Positions 40,411 to 49,888 of a DNA stretch of 64,000 bases are shown here, in pieces. The DNA is from Octopus vulgaris. Its lineage: Eukaryota. Under the pieces are notes generated by a model. The model did no database searches. It was not told the DNA's origin and saw only the letters and a list, made by a program, of their open reading frames with translations. The stretch's first letter is position 1; each line of letters opens with the position of its first letter. Position numbers and translations under genes: made by a program. The DNA lies in NCBI GenBank assembly GCA_951406725.2, contig OX597819.1, forward strand, positions 4,960,001 through 5,024,000, written 5' to 3'.

Positions 40411-41928
40411 TTTTCCCTCTATCAATTATCAAGGGTACACAGCTGCATCACCTACCTTCTTCCTAACATTCAGTTCTCAATGCCGCAAACTGGTTTATTT
40501 GCTTAAAAAGTAAATACATTCTAAACCTGAACATTATCTTCACAAAAAAGACTTTATTCAGTTAAAACCCTACTTTTATATAGATAAAATTAATTTTTCA
40601 TTCCTCAGTGAATATTCCCTTTATAAAACAAAATTCCAAGTCAGCTCAGTTGACATACTGCCACACCTATTCATACAATTTTATTACCTTTGTTATTTTT
40701 CTTTAACCACAAAACCGAACACTCATCTTTACTGGCCACACCAACCTACAAAGTCACACCCACGTATCCCCCAATGGAAACCACTGCCTTTAAACAAATC
40801 ATCGCCATCATCCTTTAACATTCATTTTCCATGCTGCTATGGGTCGGATGGTTTGAGAGAAACTGGCAAGCCAGAAGATTGCACCAAGCTCTGCTGTCTG
40901 TTTTAATATGATCTCTATGGGTGGATGTCCTTCCTAATACCAACCACTTAACAGAGTGTACTGTGTGCTTCTTACACGGCACCAGAAGCAATGAGATCCC
41001 TGAGTAGCTCGCAGGACAAGATCCCTTCAGTTGGGGAGGGGGAGTAGTATTGAGGAATAGAAAAGGTGACTTGCATTAGAAGAGAGACATGACTACCTCA
41101 GATGGTGAGAGAGAGAGAGAGAAAGAAAAAGAGAGAGTGAAAGAGAGTGAGAAAGAGAGAGAGGAGAGAAAAATGGTGAGAGTGTGACAGAGAAAGGGCA
41201 GGTATATACCCAAAGTGGAGGTAGGATTGAAAAGGGTGGGTAGATGGGTGGGTACACAAGATTTTGAGAGGAGAGAGAACATTTAAAAATACATCTCACT
41301 TAAAACAGACCATACTGTACACAACTCTCATACTTCTGAGCCTTATAAATACAACCTCCATTACACTAAAATCCCCCTATTAATCACAACAAATTTTCCC
41401 AATATCCACAATAAAATCATTTACATATTTATTTTTCAAAATTCCAGATGTGAAATCATATGCTGAAACAGATATTGTTATATTTGAGGTGTTCATATTT
41501 TTGCCATTTAACCACACATACACTATATATATATATATATATATGTATGTATAAAGGCGGTGCTCCAGCATGGCCGCAGTCAAATAACTGAAACAAGTAA
41601 AAGAGTAAAGATACTTGGTCTTCACTTCAGCATTATTATGGTTCTCATTTAAATGCCTGTTGTCTGAAATCTTTCATCACACATCCTGTGACCTCTTCAA
41701 TGACTCTCCATCCCACGTGTCTCCCCCTGTCCTGTTTAGACCATTCTATCTTTCTGCTGGGTGTAAATTCTTTTACTTTGAGATAGTTGCACCCAGTACA
41801 CAATATAGTAGTGTAAAGACATTCACTTCACATGTTGTTTGGATTTCCAAAGAATCTTATAATGTAAACATCATACAGTTCTTGCTGGTAAGAATATCAT
41901 CCCTAAAACAGATAGAGAAAATTTAGAG

Positions 41929-41997
41929 AGTTGCTTTGGTATAATGGTAGAACATCTGTCATATTCACAAATGTGGGTTTGAGTCCCATTAGCGACC
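41929..41997 (+). other. tRNA-like sequence (SINE head or tRNA pseudogene)
   Basis: A box TGGTATAATGG, B box GGTTTGAGTCC, acceptor-like GTTGCT / AGCGAC; anticodon arm is poor. Confidence 0.6.
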
Positions 41998-42515
41998 TTC
42001 AACTTTTTCTATGTAAGGGTTTTCTACATACTATTATTTAAAGTTTTATCTACTTTGAGTTCCTGTGGTGTATGCGAGAGATTCGAAATAAAGGCACCTA
42101 CCTTCTCTTCACTCTGAAGGAGACCCTTCAGCAGTAACGGATCCTTCGACACAGCCTGACTCGAACGCTAGAGATAGCACCTGCTTCACCCAACCTTAAC
42201 AACACGATCACCCGTCTTAACCCCTCGACGACCGGACTCAAAAAGGCAGAATAACCCGTTCACTGCGCATGCGCCACGGCTGCCCCTTCCGGTTAGCCCC
42301 AAGTTCCAGTCAGCTTCCCAGCTGCTGATGTCATTCCACAGTTCCAACGTTAAAACTATTTATTTTATACCTCTCAATTTTTCTATAAATTTTTTAAAAC
42401 TCTTAATTAAATTATAATATATTATATATGTATATATCACACATGTGTGCGTGCGTTTTTAAGTGCTAATGCATGAAACTCTTGGCTCTTGAGTCACTCT
42501 GTTGCTTTTGCTATA

Positions 42516-42571
<56 letters not shown>

Positions 42572-42966
42572 CACACACATGTATATATGCATATATGGGT
42601 GCAGGATGTCACTAACTGTAAATAACATGAAATACGAAAACAAGCAAGTTAAATATGCAAACGAGAGGAAAAAATTGAAAACAGGACAAGTAACACGGCT
42701 GTCTACTCATTTCAAGCAATCAACAACAATATGAGTCTTCAAAGACAGTTGTCCCATAACTTGCAAAATAAATTTTGGATTTTATGGGGGGTTGGTAGAC
42801 CAGAATGAGGGGAAAGTTAGTGAATGCAGGAAGAAATATTCTTGAAAATAAAGAGAAAAGATAGAAGAGAGTGATAGAAGACATTCAGTCCTTAGAACGT
42901 CTGTGCAGGAAAATAAAAATGGTCACAAGAGGAAAAGAAAGATAGACAATGGTCACATGTGAGCAA

Positions 42967-43004
<38 letters not shown>

Positions 43005-43112
43005 TCATGTTTTGAGTCCTTTTTTTCCCGTATGCATCACCAAACCTCTGTGTGTGTGTGTGTGTTTGTATGTGTGTGTGTGTATGCGCATGTGTGTGTG
43101 TGTTTGTAATAT

Positions 43113-44180
43113 AGGAAACTCTTTAATAGGCATAATCTAAAAATTAGTTTCACTTCAACCCCAAATTTTAAAAACATAATTACACACAACGCAAAAAAAC
43201 AACACGAAGTCGGATTCCTGCAGGGATAAGTACTTGAGCCTATTAAATGGAGGCCATTATTTAGGCGGCCACTGTAAATTCTACAAACACTAATAACACA
43301 GTTTCGTCAAAAAGATATGTGGGTCTCATGGAGGGAAATTTTAAAGCAAGGTTCAATAATCACACCTTAAGTTTCAGACACTGGGACAAACGAAAAACTA
43401 CCAAATTATCCAGTCATATATGGTTCTTAAAAGAACAAGGTGTCAGCTAAAGGATTTACTGGAAGGTCTTGGCCAAGTGTAAACCTTACACCAATGGTAA
43501 TGGCAAGTGCGTCTTTGTGATATGGAAAGATGGCTCATCTGGAAAATTTCCTGTCTAAATCCAAGAAGCGAAATTTTTGGATCATGTCCATATATGACAA
43601 AATACGTTATGGTTTTGGATCCCCCAAGATCAAGGATAGAATCTGCATTTTTACCATGTTCCTCCACAAACTTTTGATATGTCTTAACATCTTTTATTGT
43701 TTTATATATATATTTTCCTTTTTTCCTTTTTAATTATGTGATTGTGTACATGGGTGAGTATATGTATATGTATGTATATATTAAATGTGTATATGTGTGT
43801 GTGTGTATACGTGTGCATATGTATGTATATGAGTGTAGGATTTTGTTCGGTGCATAAGTGTGACTTTCGTGCACATGTCCCCTTCTTTTACACAGATATG
43901 CATATGCTTGTATGTCTATATACTGTGAGAATATGGTTGCATGTATTTTTTACCTTTTATATTTTTTCCTACCAATTAGAGTAACTTCCCTTTTATTCAA
44001 CAGTTTTTTTATAGTGTCTATTGCCATTAACAGCTGATGAGAATGCATTGTAGCTCTTAGCTCCAGCATTTGAAACTCTGAGTACTATTATGACAACTTA
44101 CTGATTTTCCTAAACCATATATATATAAATATTCTCTATTTACCTAATATCGAGGTCTCATTCTTTTGTTATCACTTTTC

Positions 44181-44205
<25 letters not shown>
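43113..44205 (+). mobile_element. Decayed, 5'-truncated Penelope-like element (GIY-YIG remnant plus 3' region with hammerhead)
   Basis: 'KLFNRHNLKISFTSTPNFKNIITHN', 'II*AATV...KRYVGLMEGNFKARFNNHTLSFRH...TKLSSHIWFLKE', 'C.LCDME', 'NPRSEIFGSCP'. Confidence 0.85.
44021..44096 (+). ncRNA. Type-I hammerhead ribozyme motif
   Basis: Stem I TTGCCATTAACAG / CTATTATGACAA; core CTGATGA (44034-40); stem II GAATGC / GCATTT; GAAAC (44072-76); stem III ACT-ctg-AGT; GUA cleavage triplet at 44082-84. Confidence 0.8.
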
Positions 44206-44211
<6 letters not shown>

Positions 44212-45174
44212 AAATAATGAAGGCAGCTATGTGCAATATAAAAGCAAAAAGGAAAAATTCAATTGTCATAAATTGTGACTGAGGGTGCCAGGTAGCACCT
44301 ATATTCCTAAAAATAAGGTTTTTTTTGCGACTCTAAGGGTTTTAACTCTTTTTTTCTAGCTATATATCATCATCATCATCATCATCATCATCGTTTAACG
44401 TCCGTTCTCCATGCTAGCATGGGTTGGACATATATATATCATCATCATCATCATCATCATTTAGCGTCCGTTCTCCATGCTAGCATGGGTTGGACGGTTC
44501 AACTGGGGTCTGTGAAGCTGGAAGGCTTCATCAGGCCCAGTCAGATCTGGCAGTGTTTCTACGGCTGGATGCCCTTCCTAACGCCAACCACTCCGTGAGT
44601 GTAGTGGGTGCTTTTTACGTGCCACCTGCACAGGTGCCAGACAGAGCTGGCAAACGGCCACGAACGGATGGTGCTTTTACGTGTGTGTGTGTATACGTGT
44701 ACATAGCAGTTTGGCAAAATGAGTTTGATAAAATAAGTGCCAGGCATTAAAAAAAAGAACTGAGGTTGATTTGTTTAACTAAAATTCTAGGTGGTGCTCC
44801 AGTATGACCACAGTCTAACAACTGAAACCGATAAAAGAAGATAAAAGAAAATATTTAAGTTTGTTTCCCAAACAAATGGTTCTAGGTTCAGATCCACTGC
44901 ATGGCACCTTGGTCAAGTGTTACCTACTAATAGCCCTAGGTCAACCAAAGCCTTGTGAGTGAATTTGGTAGGTGGAAACAAAAAGAACAGACAAGCACAC
45001 ATATGCAAACGGAGACTGAAACACATGACCATATATACACACACACTTTACTTCACACAAGGACACATATGGAGACACATGTCCACACATGGAGATGCAC
45101 ATCCATACATACAAACATGATACATAGTTGCAAAACACACATACACACACATATATATATATATACATACACTA

Positions 45175-45405
45175 AGGCGACGAGCTGGCAGAAACGTTAG
45201 CAAGCCGGGCAAAATTCGTAGCCGTATTTCGTCTGTTGTTACGTTCCGAGTTCAAATTCCGCTGAGGTCAACTTTGCCTTTCATCCTTTCAGGGTCGATA
45301 AATTAAGTACCAGTTACGCACTGGGGTCGATGTAGTCGACTTAATCCCTTTGTCTGTCCTTGTTTGTCCCCTCTGTGTTTAGCCCCTTGTGGGTAGTAAA
45401 GAAAT
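45175..45405 (+). mobile_element. Nin/Deu-type tRNA SINE
   Basis: Matches 2873-3104. Confidence 0.85.
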
Positions 45406-45460
<55 letters not shown>

Positions 45461-45744
45461 TGAGAATGTGTGTCAGTCTTTCTATCTGTCTGTTTGTGTG
45501 AATCCCTAAAACTTGAGAACTACACGACCAATTTCATTCAAATTTTACACATGCCTTACTTAGGGTCCATGTAGTGTCATGGGCAAAAAAAAATTTTTAA
45601 CTTCTTGCCTAGGGCAAGCCCACAGCAATATCATATCTTCTCCACTATTTCCGTATTACGAGTCAAAAGTGAAACTAAAACATTTCTCTATTATAATGTC
45701 AGATGTTTTCACTTTAATACTGAAACTATTAAAGTGAAACTATT

Positions 45745-45890
45745 ATATAAGAGGAATGAACTGTAAGTGGACATCCATTATGCTAGGAGAAGATCCGCTA
45801 TGCTCTTACCACTAACAAAGGAATGGTAAGACCATAGCGGATCTTCTTCTAGCATAATGGATGTCCACTTACAGGTCATCCCTCTTATAT
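45745..45890. mobile_element. Short fold-back MITE (near-perfect ~65-bp arms) within a Helitron-like fragment
   Basis: ATATAAGAGGAATGAACTGTAAGTGGACATCCATTATGCTAG... / ...CTAGCATAATGGATGTCCACTTACAGGTCATCCCTCTTATAT. Confidence 0.8.
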
Positions 45891-46024
45891 GTATGTAATA
45901 TAATTTTATCTGAAACTTCAGACTTTTCAATATGCTACACCACTGCTTTTAAATTGATATTAATCAAATTAATATTCAATTTTTCACCCTTGTTATTTTA
46001 AATTTAAATTTACATGTATATATA

Positions 46025-46071
<47 letters not shown>

Positions 46072-46126
46072 CATTATTGGTGAATTGAAGAAATGGAGCT
46101 GAACGCAGATTGAACAGAAATCGTTT

Positions 46127-46220
46127 TATTTCATTCTACACGTGTTTTGAAAGGCACAAATTACCAAAATCCGATGGAATAATGGGACCATATTGTGTCT
46201 TTCTCTTCAGGAAGAAAATA
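46127..46220 (-). ncRNA. Type-I hammerhead in the sense 3' pLTR, with catalytic G12>A change
   Basis: Reverse complement of 48683-48776, except the core reads AAAAC instead of GAAAC (plus-strand T at 46148). Confidence 0.75.
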
Positions 46221-46807
46221 GGAAATCCGTTGGAAAAACAAAAACAGAACAGAGGCGGAGCAAAAACAAATCGAACTATGCTCCTAAGAGCCCATGGCGA
46301 AACTGTTTATCAGTGTATGTTGAGAACCGGTGGCTGAAGAATTCAACGGGTCAGGCATCGGTCAATCATGTGGGTGAGGGTGCGTAGATGTTCTTTGTGA
46401 CCGAGAATAAAGTTCTGACTATTTAAAGAATATTGGATGTTTTATAAGGAGCGAGAAAAAATCTACTTAGAGACGTGTGTGTGTGTATACTGTTCTATAT
46501 ATGTGTGTGTTGGCGTAGGGGTAGAAAACATTTTTTGTGTACGTGTGTGCGTTTGATCGTTCGGCTGTCAGTGGCTACTGCCGTGATAACCGTTGGGTGG
46601 CAGAAAAAATATATATATATATCATGTTTTATGTGTGTGTGTGTTCATCTAAGCCTGCCTTGTCAAGGAAACCCCCCGCTGTGAAAAAACCAAGCCCCAT
46701 TTGTCTTACAGGAGTAATTCCCCTTGCAGTGGTTAATCGTAGATATCTTAAAGGCTATTTCAGAATTTGTTACCAAGGGCTATGGGTGCCGGTATTATTT
46801 ATAAACG

Positions 46808-48139
46808 CTATTTAAAAGCCAGATAAGTGTAACGCCGCCAATGGGGGCATTGAAAAGCCGACTGTAAAAGCCCGTTTACCATCCGGCCTCTGGCAAACAA
46901 AATATGGAAGAGTTCGGAGACACAAAGGTTGCACTGCCTTCTGCCCCTATCAAATGGGAGGGCCACCGACAAAATTGACCATTCCAGCCTGTAGCTTAAG
47001 TTCGTATCCTTCAGTCGCCATATTAGCTTACTGAGTCCCGTGGTCTGGCGCTTGTTCATGTCCCGAAAAGTTGCGTAATGGTTGGAGACACGCAAAGACA
47101 ATCTTGAGGATGAGGCCCCTACATAAGTGAAGACATCTGAGTCCGTGTAAACCTTGCATTGGTAGACGGCGTTTTTGATCTTGGAGTTCGCCGACGTGAA
47201 TCTAATTCTGCTAGGATTAGTTTCTGAAATTAGAACTGCGTTCCTGTCACTATATTCGTTCCGAGACCTGCAGCCGCTTACTACTCTATTTTCCACTACG
47301 TCACTATTAACTATAGGAATAACCCCTGATTCTCCACTATCTATCAAAGTGCTGTCATTGCTACTGCCCGTGGTGCTGCTATAGCGGGAAATGATGCTGG
47401 GGATGCTATTGGGGCTCTCTACCCTACTCCCATTGTTACCTTCAACCACAACACCCCTATTTATAACTATACCCCTAGTGGGTACTCCCTGGCTGGAGCT
47501 GAGATTATGTGTCACTGTACTGGCTCTCATATCATTATTACTACTATAATTATTCCTACTGAGCATTAAACTGGGAGCGGAAGAGGCTGTGCCTCCGGAA
47601 AAAGGTGATAGGGTCTTAGTAAGTAGCCTATTATTATGGGAGGCGATTATCTGGGCGAGGTTTTTAGTATAGGAGAAAGCTATCCTAACTTTATGCGAGT
47701 TAACCGTGGAGTAATATTTGGAATTTCTGGGGAAGTTATTGGCGATGGCTTGTCTAAACATGAGGGGGAGGTTAGTTCTAATCTGCTTACCAAAGGGGAT
47801 TACAAACCATATATGCTTATTCCTATCAGTGTGATGGATCGGGACGCCAGCTCTCGCATTCGGGTGGGTGATTCTCGGATGAATAACGGGTCTTGGGTTA
47901 GTGTAAGACCTCCCGGACCGATAATTATCCTTGTTCGCTAAATTAAATGCGGGAGCGACTACCCCGGCATCCACCGCGCTCCCGTCCTTACTTAAAATGT
48001 TAATGTTATTATATACGGCCCTATCCTGATGACCGAATGATGGCATCGGAAGGGCCGGATCAATATAAATTACCTTCTGCCTATAACCGGCCTTGGATAG
48101 TGCGGCTTGGATACCGGCACCCATAGCCCTTGGTAACAA
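46808..48139 (-). CDS. PLE ORF C-terminal part: RT thumb/linker plus GIY-YIG endonuclease (RT core absent)
   Basis: 443 open codons: 'QAALSKAGY', 'RNKHIWFVIPF...TN...F...I..NFP...VRIAFSYTKNL..II.SHN..LL', 'AVYQCKV...TYVGAS...RVSNH..TFR...TGLSKLIW.LKD', 'CNLCVSE...CPH'. The first ~10 codons derive from the inverted repeat. Confidence 0.88.
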   Translation of the reverse strand: MLPRAMGAGIQAALSKAGYRQKVIYIDPALPMPSFGHQDRAVYNNINILSKDGSAVDAGVVAPAFNLANKDNYRSGRSYTNPRPVIHPRITHPNARAGVPIHHTDRNKHIWFVIPFGKQIRTNLPLMFRQAIANNFPRNSKYYSTVNSHKVRIAFSYTKNLAQIIASHNNRLLTKTLSPFSGGTASSAPSLMLSRNNYSSNNDMRASTVTHNLSSSQGVPTRGIVINRGVVVEGNNGSRVESPNSIPSIISRYSSTTGSSNDSTLIDSGESGVIPIVNSDVVENRVVSGCRSRNEYSDRNAVLISETNPSRIRFTSANSKIKNAVYQCKVYTDSDVFTYVGASSSRLSLRVSNHYATFRDMNKRQTTGLSKLIWRLKDTNLSYRLEWSILSVALPFDRGRRQCNLCVSELFHILFARGRMVNGLLQSAFQCPHWRRYTYLAFK

Positions 48140-48682
48140 ATTCTGAAATAGCCTTTAAGATATCTACGATTAACCACTGCAAGGGGAATTACTCCTGTAA
48201 GACAAACGGGGCTTGGTTTTTCACAGCGGGGGGTTTCCTTGACAAGGCAGGCTTAGATGAACACACACACACATAAAACATGATATATATATTTTTTTTC
48301 TGCCACCCAACGGTTATCACGGCAGTAGCCACTGACAGCCGAACGATCAAACGCACACACGTACACAAAAAATGTTTTCTACCCCTACGCCAACACACAC
48401 ATATATAGAACAGTATACACACACACACGTCTCTAAGTAGATTTTTTCTCGCCCCTTATAAAACATCCAATATTCTTTAAATAGTCAGAACTTTATTCTC
48501 GGTCACAAAGAACATCTACGCACCCTCACCCACATGATTGACCGATGCCTGACCCGTTGAATTCTTCAGCCACCGGTTCTCAACATACACTGATAAACAG
48601 TTTCGCCATGGGCTCTTAGGAGCATAGTTCGATTTGTTTTTGCTCCGCCTCTGTTCTGTTTTTGTTTTTCCAACGGATTTCC

Positions 48683-48776
48683 TATTTTCTTCCTGAAGAG
48701 AAAGACACAATATGGTCCCATTATTCCATCGGATTTTGGTAATTTGTGCCTTTCGAAACACGTGTAGAATGAAATA
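48683..48776 (+). ncRNA. Type-I hammerhead ribozyme (intact core) in the inverted pLTR
   Basis: Stem I TATTTTCTTC / GAATGAAATA; CTGAAGA (48693-99); stem II GAAAGACACAA / TTGTGCCTTTC; GAAAC; palindromic stem III ACACGTGT; GUA triplet at 48764-66; AATAAA at 48773. Confidence 0.85.
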
Positions 48777-48980
48777 AAACGATTTCTGTTCAATCTGCGT
48801 TCAGCTCCATTTCTTCAATTCACCAATAATGTTCTAATTTCAATTATCCGCACCAACGCACGGTTGCAACACCATATGGTTGTACCTCCAACCGTGCTGT
48901 TTTACTGCTGTGATTTTTGCTACCAAGGTATCGGTTAAACTTTTGATTAATCTACTACAAGATTATTCATCTTTCTATTT

Positions 48981-49041
<61 letters not shown>

Positions 49042-49454
49042 TATGAATGTATATATATATATATATATGCATGTATATATATATAAATGTATATGTATAC
49101 AACTGAACTCAGGACCATGTGTTTTGGAATGAAGTTTTGTTACCACACAGCCACACCTGCACCTATGTGTGCGGCTGTGAGTGTTTGTGTGTGTGTGGGT
49201 GCATATATGTATGCATGTATATATGTGTACATATTACATGTACATCTATATATGTATATACATCTAAAATTACATGCATACATATACATCTATATCTATA
49301 GAAATACATCTATACACGTATATGTATAGATGTATTTCTATAGATATAGATGTATATGTATACACGTATGTGTAGATGTATATACATATATAGACATACA
49401 TGTACATGTACACATATATACATGCATACATATATGCACCCACACACACACAAA

Positions 49455-49765
49455 TAGGTGCAGGTATGGCTGTGTGGTAACAAACTTCATTCCAAAACAC
49501 ATGGTCCTGGGTTCAGTCCCACTGTGTGGTGACTTGGCATGTGTCTTCTGCTATAGCTTCAGACCAACCAAAGCCTTGTCAGTGGATTTTGTAGACAGAA
49601 ACAGAAAGAAATCAATTGTATATATATGTATATATGTAAGTCTGTGTGTGTGTCTTTGTGTTTCACTCTCATCACTGCTTCACAACTGCTGTTCGTTTAT
49701 TTACATCCCCATAACTTACTGGGTTCACAAGAAGAAACTAATAGAATAAGTACCAGGCTTATCAA
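49455..49765 (+). mobile_element. CORE-type SINE whose head is duplicated in inverted orientation at 49102-49166
   Basis: Family match; the inverted copy shares private variants. Confidence 0.75.
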
Positions 49766-49843
49766 AATAAAAAAAGCACTACGCTGTGTCTCATATTTTC
49801 CTTTGCCCACTCAGTTGTATCTATCAATTTATCTTTGTGTGTG

Positions 49844-49888
<45 letters not shown>

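Larger units (their letters stand above)
46070..48984 (-). mobile_element. Penelope-like retroelement, 5'-truncated, with inverted pseudo-LTRs, inserted in (TA)n
   Basis: Near-identical inverted repeats 46070-46795 and 48111-48833, GIY-YIG ORF between them, a hammerhead in each repeat, (TA)n on both flanks. Confidence 0.93.

Noticed and set aside
46537-46815. 'SRKPPAVK' in the pLTR resembling the PLE thumb motif SNHPP
   Set aside because: It lies antisense to the element's 3' UTR and out of frame with the ORF; treated as coincidence.
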